In this document: positions 9,601 to 18,552 of the stretch, one piece after another
Layout of the letters: each line of letters starts with the position of its first letter
Numbering within the stretch: position 1 is the stretch's first letter
Assembly (NCBI GenBank): GCA_017618135.1
Contig: JAFZUV010000001.1
Location: 1,627 to 65,626, forward strand
Direction of reading: 5' to 3'
Length of the DNA: 64,000 nt
From: Clostridia bacterium
GTDB taxonomy: Bacteria > Bacillota > Clostridia > Oscillospirales > Acutalibacteraceae
The notes under the pieces: model-generated
Databases searched by the model: none
Told to the model about the DNA's origin: nothing
Seen by the model: only the letters and a program-made list of their open reading frames with translations
Position numbers and translations under genes: made by a program

Positions 9601-12600
9601 TTTCTTGTGGGAGACGGGGTATGTCACAGCAGCAGCACCGCCGCTTCATCCACGCTTTATCTTGATTTGATAAGCGACGGATATGATATAGCGAACACTG
9701 TGTTCAGCGGCACTTTTGATGTGTTTGACGAGGTAGTGGGATTTTCCGCGGTAATGTCAAGCAATATAGAAGATAACGGGCAGGCGATAGTGTCTATACG
9801 CACGCCGTCCGGCGCGGCGCTTATTATGAATGGTTCCGCCTGCAATACATATCAGAATCAAACGACATACGGTAAAACCACCAAAACTTCAAATTCAAAC
9901 ACAAGATACTACTATAATCTTGACCTTATCCGCGAGAAGGCAACCAAGAGTGACGCCGAAAAGATGTTGCTTTTAAGCCTTTATAAATACGCCCACAGAA
10001 CCATACGAAACAACGGTTATTTTAACAACGCATACAGTAACAGGATATCGGGTAGCTGCGATATGTCGGGGCTTTCCTACTATCCGGTAGATGCTTCGGG
10101 TATAACCATACAAAACGCGAGTATTAAATTCTATAATGATGAAATAGAGGCGGGCGAAGGCGGCTCAGGTGACAGTGACGGCGCCGTGCGTTCCACCCGT
10201 ACGGACAGTCCGAGAACACAGCATTATATGATGCATGAATCGGTATTCCGCAATTACACCGGGGATTTGACCGTCAGCGGACTTCACCTTGCAGGAAATG
10301 TAAGTAACCAACACGGCGGGGATGACAGCGGTTTCCTTATCTGTGGAATGCTCGGGAACACAAACGATACGGCGAGAATTTCCATTTCGGGCGTTGTTCT
10401 TGACGGTGCATATATAGTGCGCTCAGGCAGTTATGCACCGCTGCTTATAAACAGGATAGGTAAAAATGTAAAGTTTGAGCTTGATGGAGTTGCCGCTATT
10501 GCCGGCGCCGGTACTAATATGTATCCCACAACAACTACGGCTGTGGCCTCGAGCCTTATAGGTGATGTCGGCTCGGATACCGCCATAAACATCAATCTTA
10601 CCTTCTCGGATATCCGCCTTGATGCGAGAACCGCGACAGGAGGACTCAGCGGTCTTTCCACCGCTTACGGAACAAGCCGTTCTATTTTTGACAGGGCAAC
10701 GCTTCTTAATTCCTTCAGATTTTTGAACGGAAGTATGGGCGAGTACAATTATACTTACAGCGAGGACTGGACTTCCTCTCAGCATCATGCAACCTACGGC
10801 GAGGAGGTTACAACTTCGGTTGAATATGCCGGTAGGCAGGATCATTACTACGATGATATTACGCATTATACGCATCCGACTGATCCCACCGGTGCTTCGG
10901 CATACGATTTCTCGTCGGGCTTTTTGCCGTATGTGTATGTAGACTACGATTCCGCAACGCTATATCACGAAATAAAGGTAAATGTTAAGGATGTTAATCT
11001 CACATCCGGCTGCGGTCAGTATAATGACCCTTATATAATTACCGACGGCGCGATGATAGCTACCGCCGCGAAGATTTTAAGCGGCAGTCCCGATAACGGT
11101 ATAGAAATACAATTACCTACTGATGTAGGCAGTGAGGATATGTGGTGTACATCACTGTCTACCCACGCGGTTTATACCTATAACGGAACAAACTTTGTAC
11201 TTAAATCAGATGGCAGTGACCCTAAGACGCTCGAAGTTGTCCGCACCTATTTGGCAGGCGCGTATTACAGCATTACGGCGGCGGAGATAGAGCTTCCCGC
11301 AACATATGTGGGACTGGGTTCGCTTACTGATTGGAGCAATACTACAGACTATGAGTGTAAATATGCGTTCAGGGGTGTAATTGTCGGCAACCGTAATATT
11401 ATTGTCAACCACTCGGCCAATCCGCTTATTAAAACAGCTAACGGATGTGTTGTAAAGGAAGCCACGGTGACGACCGACGCGTCGATTACCATAAGCCAGA
11501 ATTCCGTTCTGCCCTTCCGGTATGATAACGCGGGCTGTGCTTCATACGGAGCGGTAATAGGCCAGGTTATGGGCGGAGACAATATTATTGATCATGTGGG
11601 AGTAGGCTTTACCGGTACCGCCATTACGGCTGACTCTACAAATTGTAAAAGACTGGTTCCCGTAGGCGGCTATGTAGGTGTTATCGTAAACGGCGGCGTA
11701 GTATTCAAAAATATGGATAATGATGTTGACGCCACCGGTTTGCCCGCGGCAAAGTGCGCGTATATCGAGGACGCCGGCTGGCTCTATGTAAATCCGATAA
11801 TAGGCAGAGTAATAGCAGGTTACGCCTTTAACGAGGCTAACGCTTATGCCCGGCATTCGACCAAGCTTGATAACGGCAATAAGAACTACGACATTTCGGA
11901 TCTCAATCCGAATGATACAAAGCTTACGGTAAACGCTACCTCTTCAAGTAATTACACCGTTTCAGCGCCAAACGCACAATCGCTTTATATACTTTCGTGC
12001 ATTGTAAATTCCGGCGCAGGAAGCGCCGCGTACAACGCGAGTACCGAGCAGGATTACGCGGCGATCGCCAATACTCCGTGGATAGCTTACAGGAATTACA
12101 CCTGCACCCGTTGCGCCGATTACGATGAGGTAGGACATTCTGCCGCGGCTGACGGCGACTTTGCCACCGTAAGCGCTCAGGATGTTTACAGCGGCAGTAA
12201 CAAGACACCTTATATAATTAGGAACTATACGCAAAGCTCATCGGCTGTTTTCAAGGCGCGAAGCATTTGCGGCAATTCGGTTATAAATGAAATATCGCTT
12301 TCGGCGGGCACTTATAATTTAGCCAACAGCTTCAGGGGTATAGGCGGTATTTATACGAATAATACCGCGTGCAGGATACAGTTTAAGAAGCTCACCGGAA
12401 ACGGTGCCGAGCTTAACCTTAATATGCGCTATCTTGAATACAACCACGAAAGCGGCAACCAGGGTACTAAATCCAATAATCAGATTGAAAACTATAAGCC
12501 GTTTGCGGGCGCTGGATTCGGATTTTTCAATAATATGTATCTGAGCGGTTTTTCCGCGTCAAGCAACACAAACAGCGTTAAGAACTTGACTGTGTCGGGC

Positions 12601-15600
12601 AGTGTGTTCTACGATATAAAGAAACTGGCTGACGGTTCGGCTATAAAATATGCCTACGGTTGGCATAATTACAATAATTTGACAGGCTATTATCCCGATG
12701 TTGCCGATAGGATTGAAGCCGGAACGATACTTAATGTCGGCGGTATCGCCGGTACAACCAATAACAGCTCGTATCTGACTGGCGTAACGCTCAGCGGGCT
12801 GAGTGTTGAAGGAGCTAAGAATACCGGCGGATATATAGGCTACAGCGTTTCAAAGCATCTTGTCGCGGAGGGTTGCTCTACAAGCGGAATCAGTGTAAAC
12901 GGCGGCTTTTCCGCAGGCGGCATTATAGGAGGACTCAGCGGCAGTCAAATAAACGGCAACAGCGGGGCGGGCGCTAACTTTACCGTAAAGGGTACCTCCG
13001 AAACTCCTTCTACAATAAGCTTTACCAATATAAATGTTAAGGGCGAGCCAAGCTGCGCTAAAACCGACTTTAAAGATTTTTTACAAATGTTCCACTGCGC
13101 CGGAGGTCTTGCGGGTTATGTCAGCACGGGTAATTCAAATACCGCAACGGTTCAGTATGTAAGCGTTCAAGGTGGTTCAATTACCGCAACCAATAAAGAA
13201 AAACGCCCAAGCGATATGAGATACAAGATAATATTAGGCGGTATGTTCGGCAGACTTGAAGCAGCCTGTGTTAACTTCTCTGATTCTTCGGTCACCGGCG
13301 TTACGATTGACGGAAACACCTGTGGCGGACTTATCGGCTGTTCGAGAAACAAGTTAAACGGTAGCATTACAAACATATCGGTAACCGGCGGAACGGGCAA
13401 ATCGATCACGGCTACAAATATGGTCGGCGGCATTCTCGGATTTTACTATGGCGGCGACGCTTTAAGTCTCCAGGTATCCGCGTTCACCCTTGAAAACTAT
13501 TCGATTATTTCTTCGCACGACGCGGAAAAAGCGAGTGCCGGCGGCCTTGTGGGAACCCTTACAACGGGCGGCAACACGGTATTTAATATTTACGACAGTA
13601 TAATTCGCAACTGTACCGTATCGAGAAGAGCAACATATGTTACAGGCGACAACCAACTTTTAGGCGTAGGCGGTATGTTCGGCGCGCTTTCCGCGTCCAA
13701 CGGTAATGTCAGGGGTCACAATATTCTTATTGACGGCGTCAGTGTTGTAAACAACGGTGGTAACAAGGCGCCCGGTATGATGATAGGTACAAACAACGGC
13801 TTGTCGGTTAAATTTACCGGTGTGTCCATACAGGGCGGAACCTCCGCCACCGTGCCGGTTGTGGGAATTGATTTAAACTCTTCCGGTGTTTACGGCTCGT
13901 CCGGGTATGTGGTTATGGCTGACTTTGACGGCGACTGTAAAGCGCTTTCGCACAATGAATCCGAATCAAGCTTTTATAACTCAACAAACGACCTTGCGGC
14001 GGCAAGCCCGTTTGTTACGGTAAATCCGTATTCGAGCGTTGGCAACAACCTGCTTAACCTTACGGGGGACGGCGTATCGTCAACCGTAGCGGGACTTCCC
14101 ATTCAGGAAATAATCGCGGGCGATATAAGATACAACTATGCTTCGGGTTACAGGTCTGCTTTCTCGACGAGTCACCTTTCAACCTATAATTATGAGCAGA
14201 ACACCTCGTTTACCGATGATTTTGCCGTGCTTATAGTTGACGATATCAGCCGTCTTAACACAACGAATATGATAAACGCCTATATAAATCTTATGGCGGG
14301 TACACAGTATGACTATACTTCGGATCTTTCCAATGTGTTTGGCGTGAGCATATATAAGATGGTATATGATGAAGGCGAAGGCAAGTTTGTCAAATCAAAT
14401 GAAGCGGCAAACCTTAAGCGGCTGGGCGGTCAGTTCTATATGAATATCGACAATGTTGATACCGCCGGCAATATGTTCTCGCTTATAGATGTTAAATACT
14501 ACGACCCCAATAATACAAGTAAAACCGCGTATCACCTTTATATACCGGTTCTTGTAAAGAAACTGTTGACATTTGATTTCGTAATTGCAACGGGCACCGG
14601 AACTAACTACGAGCGCGCGTGGTATGACGACCGCTTCGGTAAACCGCTTATGGAAAATCTCGGCACTCCGGCAAGCGTATACTTCAAATATACATACTTA
14701 CGCTCGAAGGAGGAATGGGAAGCGGCGGCAAACGGCGGTGAAAATCTGCTGCGCAACTATGATAAAAAGCTTACCCTTTCAAAATCAAGCGCAATTCCCG
14801 ATCTTCCGGGCACTACAACTCTCGTGCTTGTAGACGCAAGTCGGGGAAGCAAACCGTATTACGCGAGCTTCTCAGATGTATACTCGGCGGGCGTGCTTAA
14901 CCTTTCAGGCTTTAAAGAAACGCTCGGCGACAATACAAGCACGGCGTTTACCCCGATTAATCTTGCGGATATGTTGAATCTCACAGCCGCCGCCGACGCG
15001 GAAGGTACACTCGTTTCCTGCGCCGAGAATGTGGCTACGGTGAAAGCGCAATTAAACGGTGTTGAAACCTTCTTCCGCGTAGCGACTGACAGTGACTCGG
15101 AGCTGCAGCACTATACCGTTTCGGTAGGACTGAACAATAATGGCAGTGGAGTTATAGAGCTTGATGAGCCGTATTACATTTCCTTCTTTACGGAGTCTAC
15201 CGTAAGTAATACCGTATATCACTATACGATAAGCGCTCCCGCAAGCTTTAATGATCCTTCCAATCCGTCTCGTATTGCGGATGCGGATAAGCTGCAAAAC
15301 CGCGAAGGCACCGCTCACCTGATACTCGGAAATATATTTGTTCAAACCGGAGTATCTTTAACTACGACTCCGGCGAATACAGAGATGTCGGTTCTTACAA
15401 ACAACCATACGCTCGGAATAAATATGGGTACTACCGTAACTCTTGCGGCGTCACTTAAAAATGAGGTTCAGGGTTATCTCGGCACAAATTCCGGCATAAA
15501 TGTTTTCCATAGCTTTATGTTAAAGCTCACCCGTACGGATGAATCGGGAGCCAAAAAGGTTATTGAAGGTTCGCCCTCCGTCAGCGGCACATATACGATA

Positions 15601-16512
15601 TCCTCTGCTAACGGAACCGTTGCGGCAACTAATCCGGCGGATAATCTTATAAATGTTACCAGCGGCTACGCGGAGGTATGTAGTGCAAATGTAAACCAGA
15701 ACATAAACGCATATCTCGTAAATGGCGGCGGTGCCGTGATAAACGCTACCGTTTCTATGGATTATCAGACTGACGGTGCCGTGTCTGCTCAGTTCCCGAA
15801 CCGTGAGGATCCCATGAACACAACTATCGGTACTACCGCGTCTTGTACATCTAATATTGCGTATGACCGGGCGGGTACTTCGTACAGTAAGATTGCGGCA
15901 GGAGCTTCTGATTCTGCGGGTCACTCATACTACTGTAGAATTGATAATAAAAAAGCAAAGCTATATTATAATGTAGAGAGCGATATATTTGTGGGCGATT
16001 ACGGACCGCTCGGCATTAACCCGCTTGACTCCGGCGCCGCAACAAGAGTGCCCTTCTCAACGCTGGCGATTTACGATATATCCGATATCGAGCAGGTGGC
16101 GGCGGGCTACGATACGGTAAGGGTGGCAATCAGCCTTTATAAAAAGACCGACGGATATTCCGCGAGGCTTAACATCCCCACATATATGAGCTCGGTACAG
16201 ATGAAGAATTACACCGAAGAGACCGGGTACTCGGAGAGCAGAACCAATCCCACCGAGTTTGTATTCATCCTGCCGCGCTCTGCGGTAGAGCGTGCTTCCG
16301 CTACGGCTACTTCGCTTGAAATACCCATAGATTATACCGTCTTTACGGGCGCTGAGTTTGAGAGTGCGGGACTTGAATATTCAAATTACAAAATATCAAT
16401 TTCCGCCGAGCTGTTAGACAGCAGCGACCCTTCTTCTCCGCTTATTGCCTCTCAGGCTGAAAATTATCTCATATATACAAATGCCCGTATATTGCCTGAC
16501 TTTATAGATTGA
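6640..16512 (+). CDS. giant (3290 aa) secreted/N-anchored surface protein built from GLUG-like GG[ILVM]xG beta-helix repeats. No LPXTG, dockerin or other C-terminal anchor
   Basis: Uninterrupted 9.87 kb ORF. Signal/anchor MVKHLKSNKLIAWCTVCCLCAAVIGVSFGLLTVLAND. At least 18 repeats such as AGGIAGY, GGIIGKYANNNLINTLDIHNAKV, GGVVGN, GGLLGT, GGAIGY, GGLIGCSRNKLNGSITNISVTG, GGILGF, GGLVGT, GGMFG. These fall in two blocks (~7357-9190 and ~12697-13840) separated by low-repeat S/T/N/Y-rich regions. 28 nt after paralog 3. Confidence 0.8.
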   Translation: MVKHLKSNKLIAWCTVCCLCAAVIGVSFGLLTVLANDLPEQPATTVAISSSDDLITYSREYWRGGHNPNDTIQLALSSGTGFLLPSADEGYISIGNDDRPFNGKIEIADNAISSFMTDVSLFGTVTTDMRIVNASDVPREIQIARIEEADSPLFAASVVKGAVNNTTDWRVCLKPDDRDSVNKTAFSFAGAIGSIAAECKVGFDFTHDSVSYLSVPANAVSASDIGLICGSLGADAELTVKITSTNSFNITSSGGHAGGIAGIVAAGAKIILGDNYTSPANVTASASGKYAGGIAGYAADSEIDLNSYTATVSKTVSGAAGAGGAYGYYLSTVGNGTGASAGVRTFELAGINTDSGFVIARGTDAGAFIGMLEAQTDITVTETGAVVSDSTFTKQVSFTGGTNRGGIIGKYANNNLINTLDIHNAKVKVLASSGTTSYSGGVVGNLGSTGPVYAKIGDFRLSVAGSAAMQGGLLGTANSTGSFIDVQNLIDIDGSTTAGLVNYLNAGVLRVSGTTDLAGATHGTAQLVRQRGNALVYALGSGSDASWTLKRGSGLVDDIGDWGEILRLSTANGLAESDFFTVNMGAHSVTVTGHVQNMGTIKDFVKTALNIQINYQDCGSLLLSSASRSSTILASNLSITADIDLSGTGIESLTKDNGENGVYTGSFNGNTHKITLAIGEPYGKSGSTTLSAPTNIGNNNYGTIIDHYYSGLFAKMQNNSVSNLTLDGYISLCGCRNVDYKVGAVAASISGTTTPLTLSGIDSKTDIYLYTQGTKTTTMNIFAGGAIGYIEPETGGTVSISNCTFESDITLKSTIAHGNAVGGAIGKVDSVSSLTFDFDDITIGGTYNNRVTGSSEYAGHKYGGLIGYIAPNSGSFTRNVTLNNITVTNDVSITSGVKCTTRSGGAGAFIGGEWEDTNVTIGTLGDTDGVIIGETAAGTGPSITVTSADSNKPTVSALVQKATGHWTVNHTKVNKASVTASSSSVFGFLVGDGVCHSSSTAASSTLYLDLISDGYDIANTVFSGTFDVFDEVVGFSAVMSSNIEDNGQAIVSIRTPSGAALIMNGSACNTYQNQTTYGKTTKTSNSNTRYYYNLDLIREKATKSDAEKMLLLSLYKYAHRTIRNNGYFNNAYSNRISGSCDMSGLSYYPVDASGITIQNASIKFYNDEIEAGEGGSGDSDGAVRSTRTDSPRTQHYMMHESVFRNYTGDLTVSGLHLAGNVSNQHGGDDSGFLICGMLGNTNDTARISISGVVLDGAYIVRSGSYAPLLINRIGKNVKFELDGVAAIAGAGTNMYPTTTTAVASSLIGDVGSDTAININLTFSDIRLDARTATGGLSGLSTAYGTSRSIFDRATLLNSFRFLNGSMGEYNYTYSEDWTSSQHHATYGEEVTTSVEYAGRQDHYYDDITHYTHPTDPTGASAYDFSSGFLPYVYVDYDSATLYHEIKVNVKDVNLTSGCGQYNDPYIITDGAMIATAAKILSGSPDNGIEIQLPTDVGSEDMWCTSLSTHAVYTYNGTNFVLKSDGSDPKTLEVVRTYLAGAYYSITAAEIELPATYVGLGSLTDWSNTTDYECKYAFRGVIVGNRNIIVNHSANPLIKTANGCVVKEATVTTDASITISQNSVLPFRYDNAGCASYGAVIGQVMGGDNIIDHVGVGFTGTAITADSTNCKRLVPVGGYVGVIVNGGVVFKNMDNDVDATGLPAAKCAYIEDAGWLYVNPIIGRVIAGYAFNEANAYARHSTKLDNGNKNYDISDLNPNDTKLTVNATSSSNYTVSAPNAQSLYILSCIVNSGAGSAAYNASTEQDYAAIANTPWIAYRNYTCTRCADYDEVGHSAAADGDFATVSAQDVYSGSNKTPYIIRNYTQSSSAVFKARSICGNSVINEISLSAGTYNLANSFRGIGGIYTNNTACRIQFKKLTGNGAELNLNMRYLEYNHESGNQGTKSNNQIENYKPFAGAGFGFFNNMYLSGFSASSNTNSVKNLTVSGSVFYDIKKLADGSAIKYAYGWHNYNNLTGYYPDVADRIEAGTILNVGGIAGTTNNSSYLTGVTLSGLSVEGAKNTGGYIGYSVSKHLVAEGCSTSGISVNGGFSAGGIIGGLSGSQINGNSGAGANFTVKGTSETPSTISFTNINVKGEPSCAKTDFKDFLQMFHCAGGLAGYVSTGNSNTATVQYVSVQGGSITATNKEKRPSDMRYKIILGGMFGRLEAACVNFSDSSVTGVTIDGNTCGGLIGCSRNKLNGSITNISVTGGTGKSITATNMVGGILGFYYGGDALSLQVSAFTLENYSIISSHDAEKASAGGLVGTLTTGGNTVFNIYDSIIRNCTVSRRATYVTGDNQLLGVGGMFGALSASNGNVRGHNILIDGVSVVNNGGNKAPGMMIGTNNGLSVKFTGVSIQGGTSATVPVVGIDLNSSGVYGSSGYVVMADFDGDCKALSHNESESSFYNSTNDLAAASPFVTVNPYSSVGNNLLNLTGDGVSSTVAGLPIQEIIAGDIRYNYASGYRSAFSTSHLSTYNYEQNTSFTDDFAVLIVDDISRLNTTNMINAYINLMAGTQYDYTSDLSNVFGVSIYKMVYDEGEGKFVKSNEAANLKRLGGQFYMNIDNVDTAGNMFSLIDVKYYDPNNTSKTAYHLYIPVLVKKLLTFDFVIATGTGTNYERAWYDDRFGKPLMENLGTPASVYFKYTYLRSKEEWEAAANGGENLLRNYDKKLTLSKSSAIPDLPGTTTLVLVDASRGSKPYYASFSDVYSAGVLNLSGFKETLGDNTSTAFTPINLADMLNLTAAADAEGTLVSCAENVATVKAQLNGVETFFRVATDSDSELQHYTVSVGLNNNGSGVIELDEPYYISFFTESTVSNTVYHYTISAPASFNDPSNPSRIADADKLQNREGTAHLILGNIFVQTGVSLTTTPANTEMSVLTNNHTLGINMGTTVTLAASLKNEVQGYLGTNSGINVFHSFMLKLTRTDESGAKKVIEGSPSVSGTYTISSANGTVAATNPADNLINVTSGYAEVCSANVNQNINAYLVNGGGAVINATVSMDYQTDGAVSAQFPNREDPMNTTIGTTASCTSNIAYDRAGTSYSKIAAGASDSAGHSYYCRIDNKKAKLYYNVESDIFVGDYGPLGINPLDSGAATRVPFSTLAIYDISDIEQVAAGYDTVRVAISLYKKTDGYSARLNIPTYMSSVQMKNYTEETGYSESRTNPTEFVFILPRSAVERASATATSLEIPIDYTVFTGAEFESAGLEYSNYKISISAELLDSSDPSSPLIASQAENYLIYTNARILPDFID

Positions 16513-16524
16513 TTTTATATGAAT

Positions 16525-16560
16525 AACCGCCGAATCGAAAAAGATCCGGCGGTTGTTTTT
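16525..16560 (+). terminator. intrinsic terminator closing the 4-gene operon
   Basis: CCGCCGAATC-GAAAAA-GATCCGGCGG hairpin followed by TTGTTTTT, immediately after the giant ORF stop. Confidence 0.6.
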
Positions 16561-16705
16561 AACTAATATAGCAAACTGCACAAAACAGCCAAGAAATAGT
16601 TGTTTAAACCGTCATATTTTGACTATTTATTTTATTGGTACCTCATGATAAAATAAATCATAGCGTATATAAGAATGAGAAAGATGAATAAAGGATGACG
16701 ATGAT

Positions 16706-17332
16706 TTGATTAAAGGCTTTTTTAAGAAACGGTATTTTTTGCCGCCTTTCCTGGTTTTAGCAACAAATCTGACAGTAAGCTTTTTGACTCGCCCGTTTAT
16801 TGACGCGGCAGCTACCTGCTTAGTAACTACCGTTGACAGGAAGATTCCATTTGTTCCGGAATTTATCTACATATATGTTTTTGCGTTTGTTCAGTGGCTT
16901 ATATGTATTCTGGCGGTTATGATAAAGGATAAAGAAAAATCCTTTTATTATTGCGGCGGAATAATATTCGGAAATCTTATGTCGGGCATAGTGTTTTTGG
17001 TGTTTCCCACAATTATGTCCATTCGTCCGGAGTATACGGGCGGAGGTTTAACAGGGGAGATTGTCAGGTTTATTTTTGCGGCGGATACCCCGCCGATGAA
17101 CATATTTCCGTCTATTCATTGTCTTTTCAGCTGGGGCTGTATGCGAATGATATGCGCCTTAGGCTCTGTGCCGAAAGCTTTGAAGGTTTTTAACGCTGTA
17201 TTTTCGGTACTGGTATTTTTATCGGTTTTGTTTGTAAAACAGCATGTGGTATATGATATCCCCGCGGGAATATTTGCTTTTGAGGCAGGTCTTTTCTTGA
17301 CGAGAAAACTATTTCTGCGAGTAAAAGTGTGA
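16706..17332 (+). CDS. PAP2-family membrane phosphatase-like protein
   Basis: Multi-TM. PAP2-like motifs SIRPEY, FPSIH (PSGH-like), KQHVVYDIPAG (SRxxxxxHxxxD-like). TTG start. Confidence 0.45.
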   Translation: MIKGFFKKRYFLPPFLVLATNLTVSFLTRPFIDAAATCLVTTVDRKIPFVPEFIYIYVFAFVQWLICILAVMIKDKEKSFYYCGGIIFGNLMSGIVFLVFPTIMSIRPEYTGGGLTGEIVRFIFAADTPPMNIFPSIHCLFSWGCMRMICALGSVPKALKVFNAVFSVLVFLSVLFVKQHVVYDIPAGIFAFEAGLFLTRKLFLRVKV

Positions 17333-17345
17333 GGAGGAAACAAGT

Positions 17346-18521
17346 TTGGAAGCATATGCGTTACAGTCTTTTATAAGTGTTTATCTTTTGTTTGAATTAG
17401 CTCTTTTGGTTTTTTCGGGATATATCTTTCTGCAAACATCAAATGATGTTATGAAAAATACCGAACGCGCAGGATTTAAATGTTTTATTGTAGCATTTCA
17501 GATTTATACTATTCTTACCTGTGTTCAAACCCTGCAAGAATACGGCATTATTGATGTGTCGGTTGGTTTGTATAAGGGCTTATGCTTTGCATTGCTGTTG
17601 ATTGTTATTGTTAATGCGTTTTGCTATTACAATGTTTTCATACAGCATTTTGATATGGGCTTAAACCGCAGCTATAAGGCGGTTGCTTTAGGCGCTTTGC
17701 CTTTGTTGGCAACAATCATTCTTCTAACGGTTTCGCTTTTTAACGGAATTGTATTTGATGTAGATAAGAACATATCTTTTGTAAGAGGTAAATGGTATTA
17801 TCTGATACACATAATGGTATGCATTTATTTTATATCCATAATAAGGCGTTCATTTCTCAGAGCAAGAGCGCTTGGCACCGCGCGTGCAAAGCGGGAAGTG
17901 CTTGGTATATTAGGCCTTACCGCTTTCCTTATATTATGGGTTATAATTGACGATGTTCTCAAAGGAACCACTGTTATACCGGTTGTTATATTTGCGGTAC
18001 TGCTTTATCTGTTTATAAATTCACAAAAGGAAAATATTTATACTGATGCGCTTACGGGAATGAACAACCGCAGAAAGGCGGAAAACTATCTGGGCGAAGA
18101 GGTAAAAAACACTTCGGAAAAAGAGCCTGTATATTTGTTTATGGGTGATATTAACGGCTTTAAGGAAATAAACGATAAATACGGCCATTATGAGGGTGAT
18201 TGTGCGCTTATGATTTTTTCCGACGCGGTCAAAAAGAGCGCCACCGCTTATAACGGCTTTGCGGCACGCTACGGAGGCGACGAGTTTGTTTGGGCATGGC
18301 GCCCGATTAAAAACGGAGATGTTGACCCCGAAATGGTTATGAGCGATATACGCCACAGAGTTGAGGCTGAATGTAAGGCTCAGAACAAGAAATATATAAT
18401 ATCTCTTTCAATAGGTCATGTATTATGTACTGATCCTAAGATAAGCGCAATACAGTATTTAAGGGAGGCGGACAGAAAAATGTACGCCGATAAACAGGGA
18501 TATTACAGAACAAAAAAATAA
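17346..18521 (+). CDS. membrane-bound diguanylate cyclase (7-TM sensor region + GGDEF)
   Basis: ~7 TM helices, then GGDEF domain: LTGMNNRR, MGDINGFKEINDKYGHYEGD, RYGGDEFVWAW (intact GGDEF). Confidence 0.85.
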   Translation: MEAYALQSFISVYLLFELALLVFSGYIFLQTSNDVMKNTERAGFKCFIVAFQIYTILTCVQTLQEYGIIDVSVGLYKGLCFALLLIVIVNAFCYYNVFIQHFDMGLNRSYKAVALGALPLLATIILLTVSLFNGIVFDVDKNISFVRGKWYYLIHIMVCIYFISIIRRSFLRARALGTARAKREVLGILGLTAFLILWVIIDDVLKGTTVIPVVIFAVLLYLFINSQKENIYTDALTGMNNRRKAENYLGEEVKNTSEKEPVYLFMGDINGFKEINDKYGHYEGDCALMIFSDAVKKSATAYNGFAARYGGDEFVWAWRPIKNGDVDPEMVMSDIRHRVEAECKAQNKKYIISLSIGHVLCTDPKISAIQYLREADRKMYADKQGYYRTKK

Positions 18522-18524
18522 GTA

Positions 18525-18551
18525 TTAAGGCTCCACATTGTGGAGCCTTAA
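18525..18551. terminator. bidirectional terminator hairpin between convergent genes
   Basis: TTAAGGCTCCACA-TTG-TGGAGCCTTAA perfect hairpin with flanking A/T. Confidence 0.6.
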
Positions 18552-18552
18552 T

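Noticed and set aside
6591-16512. Numerous 60-150 aa ORFs on the minus strand and in other frames inside the giant gene (for example 7801-8205, 10423-10875, 11542-11856, 15520-15924)
   Set aside because: They are fully embedded in, and antisense or out-of-frame to, a continuous 9.9 kb ORF with strong repeat structure. They are typical spurious ORFs of a GC-moderate repeat region.
16512-16706. Possible tRNA or small RNA in the AT-rich gap after the operon
   Set aside because: No cloverleaf-compatible sequence (no GTTC-type T-arm or acceptor pairing). The region looks like a promoter for the PAP2-like gene (TTGACT...TGATAAAAT).
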